Below are positions 1-11,700 of a stretch of DNA of 64,000 nt, piece by piece. The translations under genes were made by a program, and so were the position numbers. How positions within the stretch are numbered: position 1 is the first letter of the stretch; each line of letters starts with the position of its first letter. The notes beneath the pieces are model-generated. The model searched no databases, was not told the DNA's origin, and was given only the letters and a program-made list of their open reading frames with translations. Where the stretch lies: the IMG/VR virus record IMGVR_UViG_3300027996_000012, positions 1-64,000 of that record; one strand, 5' to 3'. The stretch is from a virus (lineage: Duplodnaviria > Heunggongvirae > Uroviricota > Caudoviricetes).

Positions 1-42
1 GACACCCAATCAGGTGGTGGTCTTCTGGCTCTTGACGGGTCA

Positions 43-3000
43 GTGACACAAACAGAAATCTACATACTCGTTCCAACCAACACAGCCGTCTTTGTCGCTG
101 GTATATATCCCGCAGATGTGCGAATACACAACCATACGGCTTCTCTCCAGGAATTTAAGCCTAGTGCGGGAACCTATACCTTCCAGAAGAAGGTCACGAT
201 GAAGACCGACAGCACTGGTGATATGCATTGGGATAACTCCAATAGTCCTGACATCAATTTCCAGGGTGACTTTGAACAGGCCATCGGTAGCACTGGTGTA
301 CCCACATGGACAAAGGGTTCCGGGACAATTGGCATCGCTGGCGGTAACACACAAGTTCTCGATTTTGATTCCTTTAGTATGGAAGAGATCGTGATGGCCA
401 AGTCGGGCACCAATGTGGCTTCGATCACTGGTACCTTCACTACTGAATATCTCATGCTGGTCACCGGCTACTGGGACTTCGGTGATGCCGACATCACATG
501 CACGGGTGACTTCACAGCCGACAATGCTGACATCAATTGGGGTTCTGGGAACATCATCATCGGTGGACACTGTGACTGGGAGGATGTCCCTGCTTACACG
601 CGCGGGACAAGCCAAACCAAGCTTACTGGAACCAGCAAGAATCTCAGCATGGGTGGTCGTGTCTACAGCCTGTGGGTCACAGGCTCATACACAACCGTTG
701 GTGGAACCAACATTGGTGTTCAAGACGGTGATCTCATCGTTGATGGTACCCTGACAGCCGGTAATACTACGGGTCTATGGGCTTGGTGGGATTCCAAGGT
801 CCAGATCAATACTGGTGGTACAATCAACGGAACCACTGGTCTTACCTGTTATCGAAGTCAAAATGGTGGTGGCCTCACAGTTCTCGATGGAACGCTGTCA
901 CCGACTACGTTCTTCATTCGTGAATCATACAGCACTGGTGTGTTCGTGGGTGGTACCTGGGACTGCATCGTATACCTCTTTGGCCAAGGTGCCGATGCTG
1001 AGATCAGGTTGAACAATGAGACCTATACCATTACTGGTCCCGTGTATTTCCAGTCCTATGATGGCTACACAACACTCATGAACAATGCCATCAACAACCC
1101 GTCATTCATCTTGCACCACAACTTCATAGCTTTATGGGTTGATGGTGGAACACTCACCTGGACTAAGGGAACTGGTTTCATTACTCTCGCGTCAGGTGGA
1201 TCTCAAACCTTCAGTATGGAAGACATTCCAACACAGACTGTTGAAGACATTTACATTACGAGCGGTAGCACGGTGACCCTCAATAGCAACATCAAAACAG
1301 ATGCTCTGCTAGTTCAAGCGGGTACTACCCTGAACATCAACGGAAAGACTCTGCAAACACTGGGATATTTCCAGGTTAGTAACGGCGGGGCGCTCACTGT
1401 GGCTGGCCTCAATGGTTGTACCATCACCGTTGGTGGCCAACTGCGTCTGTATGGGGCTTCCGGAGACAAGCTTGATCTGGGTGCCACAGCGACGTGGTAT
1501 CTCAATGTCACCGATCCGACAACCATCGTGCAACATGTCACGGTCAAGAACTCCGATGCATCGGGCGGTGTGACTATCCACAGTACGAATTCGATTAACG
1601 AAGGCAATAACATCAATTGGGCTTTCGATGGCCTCTACTGGACCAACGGTGCATCCACTGGTCTCGTGAATGATTATCGTAACTGGGGTTCCGAAAGTGG
1701 TGTGGTAGACAACGCTGGTGTGCCAGGTCTGCTTGACACACCAATCTGGGATGGCAGTGTTACGGACACCTGCACACTCGATCTCCATTGGAGCGTGGCT
1801 GGTGCCGATATGCAGGCTGGCTTCACCGGGAAGATCGACGGAGCAACCTACAACTTTACCTCATCGGGAGATTGTGACTTTGATGGCGGCGAAGTTGATT
1901 TCGGAACCGGAACCTGGCAGTTCGGCGGTTACGCTGACTTCATCAATGTGACCACCATCACTAAGGGTACCGCGACGATCAAGATGGTCACGGCCGGAAA
2001 GACCCTGTCCCTGCAAACGACAGATACCTTCTGTGACATCTGGATCGCGGCCAATACCACCATAGTTGCAAGCGCCTCCGGAGCATGTGAAGGGCTAGAT
2101 GTTGATGCCACCCTTACCGTGAATACCGGGTCGATACTGGCTACCCGTGGTGTCGTTGATGTTTCTGGTACAATCACTGGAACCGGGACCATGGTGGTCT
2201 ATGCTGGTGGCATTGGTGAAGGTATTACTGGGATGTCAGGCACTATTGACATTGCAACCTTGTTTGTCTATGTCACAGTAGGGACAGCAGGTATCGTACC
2301 AATGGTGGCTGCTCAATACGATAGCGCACTAACTTATATCGGATCACAAGTAACGGGTGGCGAATTCAATTTTGCTGCCACAACCACGACCTTCACCGGA
2401 AATGTTAGCCTTGTTGCCCTTGACGGTGGTGATACTGCTCATTTCAAGAACTCAACGAACAATCCATCCTTGGTCTTCCAAGGCAACGTGAACAAGACCG
2501 GGGCTGGTTCCACATCGTGGACCACCGGCTCTGGCACCATCACCTTCTCGGGCACCACTGCGGATCAGCAGGTTGCATTTGACGGGAACTCAGTAGAAGA
2601 CATCATCATGAATAAGGGTGCTGGTAAAGTCACCCTTACGGCTGCTCTGTCATGTGAGAGCTTAGCCCTCAATGATGGGGACTGGGATGCCAATGACTAC
2701 AACGTCACTGTCTCTGGTAACGTCAATCTGGACAATGACTCAATTCTCATGGGTGATGGAAACACATGGGAAGTCAACGGCTCATGGGACAGCAAGGATT
2801 TGGCTATCGGGGCTGGCCGCGAGACTGCTACGCTGAAGATGACTGGTACTGGCGTCACACTGAACATGATGTACGCAAGCGGTGTATACTCGCTGTGGTT
2901 TGCTTCGGGATGTTCGGTCACAATTGATGACAATACCAAAGGTGGCCATGTCCATAATGGTATCTTGACCGTGGATGGAACCGTCTCAATGGGATCTGGA

Positions 3001-3426
3001 TGCTCCCTACAGTTATTTGCATATACCACTGGTAAGCTGAGAGTCAACACCACGGGGTATGTTACCGGAGCGGCTGGGCAATTGTGGGTCAGAGACGCCA
3101 GTGAAGGGGCCGGTATTGATGTCATGGATGGAGTAGTTGATTGTCTCTGGATAATCCTGGAAAAATGGCTGTCCACAGGTGTAATGGTTGGTGGTATCTA
3201 TAATGCTGTTGGGGTACAAATTCGTTCCAGTAACTCATATGATTGCACATTCAAGTTCTCAGATGATACCTATGTCTTTGATGGAGCTACGGGTGTCCAA
3301 CTTCGTGCGTTAAACGGTTGGGATATGGCCATCGATAATACCAACGGGGCACGGATCATTTTGCCTGACGGCGGTATCAGCATTAACGAAACCGGCGGCG
3401 GTGTCGTCTCTTGGGTGGAGGAATAA
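43..3426 (+). CDS. tail fibre-like beta-helix repeat protein (1127 aa); reading frame is open back to nt 1, so the N-terminus may lie upstream of the window
   Basis: Long ORF with a G/T/N/S-rich composition and repeated ~90 aa modules (WTKGTGFITL..., WTTGSGTITFSGT..., NVTVSGNVNLDND). This is typical of right-handed beta-helix fibres. It is followed by two more fibre genes. Confidence 0.8.
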   Translation: MTQTEIYILVPTNTAVFVAGIYPADVRIHNHTASLQEFKPSAGTYTFQKKVTMKTDSTGDMHWDNSNSPDINFQGDFEQAIGSTGVPTWTKGSGTIGIAGGNTQVLDFDSFSMEEIVMAKSGTNVASITGTFTTEYLMLVTGYWDFGDADITCTGDFTADNADINWGSGNIIIGGHCDWEDVPAYTRGTSQTKLTGTSKNLSMGGRVYSLWVTGSYTTVGGTNIGVQDGDLIVDGTLTAGNTTGLWAWWDSKVQINTGGTINGTTGLTCYRSQNGGGLTVLDGTLSPTTFFIRESYSTGVFVGGTWDCIVYLFGQGADAEIRLNNETYTITGPVYFQSYDGYTTLMNNAINNPSFILHHNFIALWVDGGTLTWTKGTGFITLASGGSQTFSMEDIPTQTVEDIYITSGSTVTLNSNIKTDALLVQAGTTLNINGKTLQTLGYFQVSNGGALTVAGLNGCTITVGGQLRLYGASGDKLDLGATATWYLNVTDPTTIVQHVTVKNSDASGGVTIHSTNSINEGNNINWAFDGLYWTNGASTGLVNDYRNWGSESGVVDNAGVPGLLDTPIWDGSVTDTCTLDLHWSVAGADMQAGFTGKIDGATYNFTSSGDCDFDGGEVDFGTGTWQFGGYADFINVTTITKGTATIKMVTAGKTLSLQTTDTFCDIWIAANTTIVASASGACEGLDVDATLTVNTGSILATRGVVDVSGTITGTGTMVVYAGGIGEGITGMSGTIDIATLFVYVTVGTAGIVPMVAAQYDSALTYIGSQVTGGEFNFAATTTTFTGNVSLVALDGGDTAHFKNSTNNPSLVFQGNVNKTGAGSTSWTTGSGTITFSGTTADQQVAFDGNSVEDIIMNKGAGKVTLTAALSCESLALNDGDWDANDYNVTVSGNVNLDNDSILMGDGNTWEVNGSWDSKDLAIGAGRETATLKMTGTGVTLNMMYASGVYSLWFASGCSVTIDDNTKGGHVHNGILTVDGTVSMGSGCSLQLFAYTTGKLRVNTTGYVTGAAGQLWVRDASEGAGIDVMDGVVDCLWIILEKWLSTGVMVGGIYNAVGVQIRSSNSYDCTFKFSDDTYVFDGATGVQLRALNGWDMAIDNTNGARIILPDGGISINETGGGVVSWVEE

Positions 3427-3428
3427 CC

Positions 3429-5756
3429 ATGTCGATTTGGATTACAGGCGCAGAAAACAAAAGCATTGATCACGGGTCGCTGGAAACAGATCCGGTGAGT
3501 GTGAATCTCCGTGAAGGCTGGTCCTTCAACGGGCTCAGTGATTATGTGTCATTCGCGGATCACGCGGACCTGACATTCCCGGATGCTGATTGGAGCTTTG
3601 GTGGTTGGATCAAACCGGTAGATAACGGTGAAGCAGCCGCAATTCTCTTCAGTTGGAACTATCCAACGCATCCCAGTATTCTTCCATACCTCAATATGAG
3701 CACGCTGAAAATCTGGGCATACTGGAATGATGGTACGGACAACATCAATACCGATTTGGGCGACTTCGTATTTGGTGCGTGGCAACACATCCTATTTGTA
3801 CGAACTGGTACTTCACTCAAGTTGTATGTAGACGGGCGTGAAACTGGATCAACACCAATCGGCAATGTTGATGCCGTGAACGGGGCCGGTGCCATGTATG
3901 CTGGAGTCCGAACGGCTCTGGACATCTACTGGTATGAAGGTGAGATGAGTAACTGGGCCAAATGGGATTCAGCCCTAGCCAAAGCGGACAGGGTTGCTCT
4001 TGCTGGCGGTATTGATGCCCGAGTCGTGGATACAGGGAACCAGAAGTGGTGTTGCCCGATGAAGCGTGGCGACTACTCAGTAGTTGGTGACACCTTTGCT
4101 GTAACCAACAATGGCACCAGCGATGGAACCGCTTACACAGCCACGTTGACAGCCAGTATCAACTGTGCTGGCCTCAAGGTCTACCAAGGAACCTTCGATG
4201 CTGACACCTATGGGCTCACCCTGCGGGGAGACACACTGCTGGCCAACAACTCAGTTCTGTTCGGGAATCAAACGTGGGATGTCTCTGGCGACTTTGATGA
4301 CCAGGAACTCGATGCACACACAGCAGAGACCAGCACACTGAAGCTCACAGGAGCCACCAAGACTCTCTCGCGGCCCACCACGGGTTCTGGAAACTACTTC
4401 GAGAATGTCTGGATCACAGGTTCATACACCATGGATACAGGTCACCTTCAGTATGATGGTGATGCCACGGTAGACGGTAGTCTGTCTCTCGGCAGTGGGC
4501 TGTCCTTCACCGGATACTTCAATGCTGACCTTGACATCAATGGTACTGTAACGGGCCTTGGGCAGATTTCCATGTACGGGATGTACGCCGCCCATGGCAT
4601 TGTAGGAAACGATGGGACGCTCACTTGTGCCAATCTCTACATTGATGACCCGGAAGCCACTTCAGTTTTTGATCCAGGCGACTACTCTGGACTCACTGGT
4701 ATTCTCTATATCAGGGACCGCACCACCTGGGCCGGTGACTCGACACTGAAGTTTGCAGCAGGCACCTTCACGTTTGGGGACATCGTCGCCACAACCCAGG
4801 GCGCGGATGATCTCTATTTTGATTGCACCAACAACCCGACCATCATTTTCACTGGAGACTATTCAGAAGTCAATGACTCAACCGGGGTAGTGTATTGGAC
4901 GCCAGGTGCAAGTGATACCATCACCTTTAGCGGAAGCGACGATCAGGATATTGGTTTTAGCGACTGTATTGGAAACGTAGTTGTCAACAAGTCTGGTGGT
5001 ACACTGACCTTGACCGCAAATCTTTGTTGTGCCAGTCTTGATATTCAAGACGGGAATTTCGATGCCAACGGTTACAATGTGACCATCAACGGAGACTTCA
5101 CGCTCACCAATCTGGGTGACACGCTCACCATGGGCTCAGGCACTTGGGAATGCAGCGGTAACGTCAATTGGGTTGGCTGCGGAACTATCGCCCCTGAAAC
5201 ATCGGTACTGAAACTGACTGGCTCTGGCAAGACTCTGGATGCTACCGTTGATGCGTATTGCAGAAATCTGTGGATCACTGGATCATATACGATCCCAGTC
5301 ACCACAGGGTGGTTTGGGGCGAATGCTGGTACCGTAACTATTGATGGTACGCTTACCAGCAACAACGGATTTGCAATTCTTGTTGGTACTTTGGATTTGA
5401 ATGTGGGCGGCACCGTAACCGGCTCGGGTTACATGAATGTCCATGCATCTAGTATCACGACACTGGACGGAACTTGGGACACAGCTATCGGATACATTTC
5501 TGAGCCCCTTGCTTGGACCAATACCTTTGCACCTGGTACCATTGCTTGTGCTGAAATGAGGATTCGTGCTATTGGTGCCGATGACCGGGGAATCCGTTAT
5601 GACTCTGGCACACATATCTACACTGGCAATGTGATATTCCGCTGCTATGGTACTGGAAACCTCACTGTTGACACCACTACCAACAGTCCGATCATTGATT
5701 TTAGAGGCAACTTGGGCGTACTAGAAGACAGCACCGGTCAAGTGATCTTCGCATAA
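3429..5756 (+). CDS. tail fibre protein with an N-terminal LamG/concanavalin-like domain and a C-terminal beta-helix module
   Basis: ATG at 3429 follows the RBS GGAGGAATAACC. The motifs DWSFGGWIKP ... WAKWDS match a Laminin_G_3-like domain. The C-terminus carries the shared module WTPGASDTITFSGSDDQ...NKSGGTLTLTANL...FDANGYNVTINGDF. Confidence 0.8.
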   Translation: MSIWITGAENKSIDHGSLETDPVSVNLREGWSFNGLSDYVSFADHADLTFPDADWSFGGWIKPVDNGEAAAILFSWNYPTHPSILPYLNMSTLKIWAYWNDGTDNINTDLGDFVFGAWQHILFVRTGTSLKLYVDGRETGSTPIGNVDAVNGAGAMYAGVRTALDIYWYEGEMSNWAKWDSALAKADRVALAGGIDARVVDTGNQKWCCPMKRGDYSVVGDTFAVTNNGTSDGTAYTATLTASINCAGLKVYQGTFDADTYGLTLRGDTLLANNSVLFGNQTWDVSGDFDDQELDAHTAETSTLKLTGATKTLSRPTTGSGNYFENVWITGSYTMDTGHLQYDGDATVDGSLSLGSGLSFTGYFNADLDINGTVTGLGQISMYGMYAAHGIVGNDGTLTCANLYIDDPEATSVFDPGDYSGLTGILYIRDRTTWAGDSTLKFAAGTFTFGDIVATTQGADDLYFDCTNNPTIIFTGDYSEVNDSTGVVYWTPGASDTITFSGSDDQDIGFSDCIGNVVVNKSGGTLTLTANLCCASLDIQDGNFDANGYNVTINGDFTLTNLGDTLTMGSGTWECSGNVNWVGCGTIAPETSVLKLTGSGKTLDATVDAYCRNLWITGSYTIPVTTGWFGANAGTVTIDGTLTSNNGFAILVGTLDLNVGGTVTGSGYMNVHASSITTLDGTWDTAIGYISEPLAWTNTFAPGTIACAEMRIRAIGADDRGIRYDSGTHIYTGNVIFRCYGTGNLTVDTTTNSPIIDFRGNLGVLEDSTGQVIFA

Positions 5757-5767
5757 GGAGAGGAAGC

Positions 5768-8700
5768 ATGTCAATCAAATTCACAGGCACCGCGAATCAG
5801 AGTGTTGACCTTGCTGGTCGAGCATTTGCTGATAGCGTTGAAGTCGATAAGTCTGCGGGGACGCTCACTCTCACTGGTGATTTCGGTGCTGCAAGTCTCG
5901 TTCTGACAGATGGTAATTGGACCACGTCCACATTTGATGTGACGATCAACGGGAACGTAACCTTCAACATCACTGACACCATCAATATGGGCACGGGCAG
6001 TCTCTGGACCATCGCTGGCAACTTCGATCCGTACTTCGCTGGAATCACATTCAATCGTCAGACTTCAACCATCAAGATGACCGGATCTGGTAAGACTTGG
6101 TGGGGTGGTAATGCTGACTGTCTCTACAATCTCATTTGGATTGCGTCTGGCGCAAGCATCACGCTCACGAATACCGTTCAGGTTTATGGGTCTGCAAGCA
6201 ATGCAATCCGTATCGATGGGACGTTTGATCTAGCCGGGAACGGCTGTATCTGTTGGACAGCCGCTGGTGTTGCTGTTGGTGCCTCTGGGGTGGTTGATTC
6301 CACCGCTGCCGGGCATGTTCGGTTCAAATCCAACTCAGTTGGTGTGACCCAGATGTTGGGGACCTGGAACGCACGGCTTGAAATCCAGCAGCCTAAGAGC
6401 ATGACCCTTGTGGCAGCAACCTACGGGGACGGCACGGCAACGAAACACTGTGAAGTGATCTTCACACAAGACACAGACAAGCTTATCCTACCGGCCAGTA
6501 CCACAATCTTCAATATGGACTTCGAGGTCGAGAACACTGGGGCCTTTGTTGGTACTATCGATATGGATACCAACGATGCCAGCCTCAATGTCACTGGAAA
6601 TTTCGCTGTGGTGAATTCTGGTGCTGGATCAATCGTTTGGGACAAAGGCACCGGTTCGATCACATTCAGCGGAACAGCGGCACAAAGCTTCACCTGTATT
6701 TATACCATTGAAGACGTGATCATCAACAAGTCTAGCAACACGCTTACATTGGCCAGCGATATGGTCACCGATAGCATTACGGGAACCACGGGAAGCTTCA
6801 ATGCTAGCACCTATGATATCACCACAACTACAAGCGCAATCTTCGATTTCTCAACGCTCACGATGGGCACCGGCAACACATGGACCGTTGGAACCACATT
6901 TGACTGTGAAGATTGTACCACCGTCACGACTGGCACAGCAACCCTGAAGCTTACCGGTACAGGAACATTTAAGACAGGGCTTCATTATGTCTTCCATCTA
7001 TGGGTCACATCGACTGCTACCATTACGGTAGACGATGGCTATGGGCAAGTTGGTGCAGAGACAGGGACCCCCACCTGTCTTATCGATGGGACTATGATTC
7101 TTACCGACTGGCTAATTTCGGCATGGAAATGCCAGATGACTGTCTCTGCCACGGCCAATATCAGTGGTGTATCCGGGCTCTTTATCAATCATCCACACAC
7201 TGGTGGTGGTATGGTAGCCTACAGTGCCAGTGCCACTGTCACATGTACCAACCTGAGATTCCATTACCCAATGGGTACCGCAGTATTGATCCCGGCTGAT
7301 TATTCATCGATCACCTTGACTGATGTCTATGTCGGTAACGCCACCGCCAGGGAGATAAAACTCAATTCTGGCACTTACTCGTTCTTCAGTTTGTATTTCC
7401 GAGAGACCTCATCAGGCACACTGCATGTCAATAATGTGAACAACCCGGATATCAATGTGGGTCGCCATTTCCTGGTGGACGGTAACGGGCTTACATATAC
7501 GGCTGGAACTGGTACCATCACAATGGACGGAAGTGCTGACCAAGGTTATTTCAGTACGAGCACTCACCAGATTGAAGACACAGTGTTTGCCAAAACCGGT
7601 GGCAAAGTAGTCTATATCTGGGATGACTCCACGGTTGGTGGGAATCTCGACATCAATGGCTGTGTGGCCGACTTCAATAATGCCAAGAAGTCTCTGACGG
7701 TATGGGGTGATGTAACCATCAATGCAACAGGTACATTGCTGATGGGTGACGCAACGTCCTACTTCAATGTCTATGGAAACTTCGACAACTCTAACAGTCT
7801 CACAGCAAACATCACTCGCAATACTGGTGTCTTGGTCATGAAGGGTTCTGGCAAAACACTTCAGACAGAAGCTGTTGGTGGCGTTGGTAATTACATAACT
7901 TCCATCACCATTGATACCGGAGCAAGCATCACCCAGGTTAATGACACAGTGCGTGTCTATGACGGTAATCTCAAGGTGTACGGTACGCTCACGCTGTCTA
8001 CCTATCTCATCCCATACTACTCGGCGAAGACATATCTGTACTCTACGGGTGTAATCAATGGCGCAGGTTATTTGTATCCATATCTCCCAAGAAATGGGTG
8101 TGGTATTCTGTTACTTGACGGTTCTTTGGCGTGTGCAAATGTCTATGTGAATTTCCACCCAACATACCCGACTGCCGTCTTTGTGGCCGGGGACTATACC
8201 GGTCTTTCCGGGAAGTTCTATTTCCGAAGTACATATACCAGTAGCGATCCTACTGTGTATTGGACACCTTCTGCTGGAACCTACCAGTTCAAGAATGTTG
8301 AATTCCGTACCTACACTGGGGACGGCACATTTACCATTGAAGGTGACACTGGTAATCCGAATTATGAAATCAGCGGCGACTTTCTGGTTCAGAATCTGGC
8401 TGGCGGCACGGTTACTTGGGATGCTGGCTCAGGTACTATGACCTTCAACGGCTCGGGTGCGCAAACACTTACTTGCCCCGCTAACATGACCTATGAAGCG
8501 GGCCGCGTGGACAAGTCAGGTGGGACCCTTACCGCTGTCTGTACCAACCTTGGATTTGCTAACACATTCAATCTGGTGAATGGCAGCTATTCACAAACCG
8601 GTGGAAACCTTTGGACCACACATATGACCCTGGCCGGTAGCGGTACCTTCACTCAAAATAGTTCCGTGTACCTCACTGGGAACTATCATGACTCGGCCCA

Positions 8701-11700
8701 TACCGGTACACAAACAATGAATGCCGTGCAGATGTATGGCGCAGGGGCCACGATGACTTTCCGGGCTCCAAACTCCACCATTGCAAACCTGTATATCGGG
8801 AACGTATACGGAGTTGCATCAACCACAATGATTGCTGGCCACCTCTATGTTGGTACCGCTCTTATTGTTGATGGTAATGGTAGCTCGCTTACAATCAATG
8901 CTGGTAAGGGTTTCTCAATGCTTAATGGCAGCACACTTGATTTGAATACTGGCGGCACCATTACTGGGGCGGGCTATCTGCATTTCTGGTCCGCAGCAGG
9001 AATATCTGACATTGGTGGTACCCTCTCAATTGCTACCGTGCGATGCTACAGCACTTTGGCAGGAGCGGTCTTTGTACCAGGTACCTACGAGTGCGGTGAG
9101 TTCATCATCATCTCCAACGGTGGAGGGGCTCATACCTTCCCATTCCGGGCAGGTGATTATGTGTTCTCGAATGGTAGTCTTCAGTTTGAAGCATACGGCA
9201 CCGCATCGAATACACTCACCATTGACTGCACCACTTATCAACCCGTGACCATCGACGTTGCTGGTGACCTCATTTGGGACACACTGGCGGGGTCCAACGT
9301 CAACATTGTTGTCAATTGTTCAAGTCGAGATGTTCGTTGGCACATTGGCGGGGACGTAGTGGATGCCAAATCAGGTAGTGGTACCGTGACCTGGACCAAG
9401 GGTACCGGGTACATTTATCTGGACACAGACGACAATGATAGCGGCACGGTGGACTTCCTCAACCAACAAACGGATACTGTGATTCAAGGCGAGTGGCCAT
9501 CTTACTACTTCAACGGTACCTCCGCAGAATTTGAACTGGATGATCCCCTACCGTTCCCAGGTGGTTCTAGCACGGCCAAATGGTCTATCGGTGGCTGGAT
9601 TAAACCAGCGGGTAAGCTCAATGCATTTGACTACGAAGTGATCTTTGCCACCGCAGTAGGTAATTCCAATTGGATAAACGCGAACAACTCCCTCTGTCTG
9701 CTAATGTACCAGTATGATCATGCTACGTATCCAGGAAAGCTTCGGTTTGCTATGAAGGACGGCGCTGGAGCCACAATGGATTTCGCTAGCACTGCTACCT
9801 TTCTTTTTAGCACAGGTAACGACCGCTGGCGTCACATCCAGGTACAGCGTAACAACAACAATATCTATCTGTACATTGATGGCGTTCTTGACAGCACTGT
9901 ATCCTGTGCAGCGGTTGGGGCCATTGACACCAGCGATCATTTCAGCCTGGGTAACTTTGTGGGCACAACAGCAGCCTACTGGTTCCATGGCTACATGCGA
10001 GAATGGTCCAAATGGCAGTCTGGTAAGAACTCCAGTCCCCATGATGACAGCATCAGTATCATCCATGGTGGACGCGAGAATATGGACTGGTCGCTAATAC
10101 TCGATAGCGACGATGAGTGGTACAACGGTTTGAACACGACCAACACCAACTGTGTCCTGGATACAGGTGATGATAAGGACGTTGCCCTCACTGGCCCGAT
10201 ACGTCCGGCCAACTACTATGGTCGGTATGGTACCTTTGATCCAAACGGGCAAACCATCAATAGCCCTGGTGTAGTGGCTCTTGGGAACAAAGACGTGTAC
10301 GGCACTCTTGATCTCATGGACGGATGCACGATCACCTGTGATACCTTCTATGTTGGTGGTATCGAGATGGATGGCTTCAAGTGTTTGGCTCAGTCGGCCT
10401 GGTATCTTAATGTTACCACCACCGGCTACTTCTTTGATTCCCAAATTGCTTACTGTGACGCATCGAGCAGCACTGTGGTACCCACAGCCAATCCAATATG
10501 CATAGATCGCGGGAACAACATCGGCATTGACTTCATTGATCCTCAAATCTACCTCTTGGATAATGGACTAACTGCTTGGGCATCAGGCTGGTGGGCCACA
10601 AATCATGGTGGGGCCCATACACGCTTCCTTGCTAGAACACAACAGAACGGCGTCTGGGGTTGTTCTGTGCAGCAATCTGGTAACCACATCTATTGGGCCA
10701 GTACGGTCCATAATGCGATCTCACGCGCCAGTCTTGATGGTCAAGATTTTGAGTACATCAAGACTGGTATCCCCACTCCATACGTGATTACAGTGTGTGC
10801 CGAGCATGGTTACATATGGTACAGTGACTATGTGGGCTACACAGTCGAGCGGGTTGATTTGGACGGCACCAATCAAACCAGTATGGGAACGGCTTCATTA
10901 CCGTCTGGCCTAGCTGTGGACCCAATCAATAAGAAGCTGTATGTCGCCGAAAAGGGCAACGACATCATCTATTCGATGAACTTCGATGGCACCAGTAAAA
11001 CGGCTGTCCATACTCTGGCAGCACTCAGCGAGCCCCGGAAATTGACCATTGACTACATCAATGGGATGCTATATTGGACTGAGGACAATAGCTTTGGCAG
11101 TGGTAATCGAATACGTAGTGGAACTACGGGAGGCGCAAGTCTCACGACTATCTACACAGGCTATGTGACGGACATTGAATGGTCACACCAACAAAATCGG
11201 CTGTACATGAGTGACGACCAAGGATATTGCTGGCGAATGTACGGTGACGGGACCAACCTCCAGACTGTGGTTGATGAGTCTGCGACCACCAGACCTTTCT
11301 ATGGTGTTGGCGTCCTTGATGGTATTGGTGGCGGTGGGAGTCCAGGAACCTGCCCCGATGGACATGATGATAGGCTGTTCGTTGTGGATACCGGAACCAC
11401 TGACGGGATTAGAATGCAGGATCGTGCCTGGGGTACACCGGCAGACTACATGACCGGTCGTGGGATTGCTGCCTCCGATTGCAAGGTTGATGATATCAAT
11501 GGCTGGTTCTACTGGGTAGACAACGTCGTGAATGCAATCATGCGATGCCGACTCAATGGTACACGACCAGAGATGATCATTGACAACAGACTTGACGGCA
11601 CCAATACTGTGAAATGGATTTGCTTGGCTCCGGACAAGGGTTATCTATTCTACGTGAAGACACCTGATAACCAACTTCGACGCTGTAACCTTGATGGTTC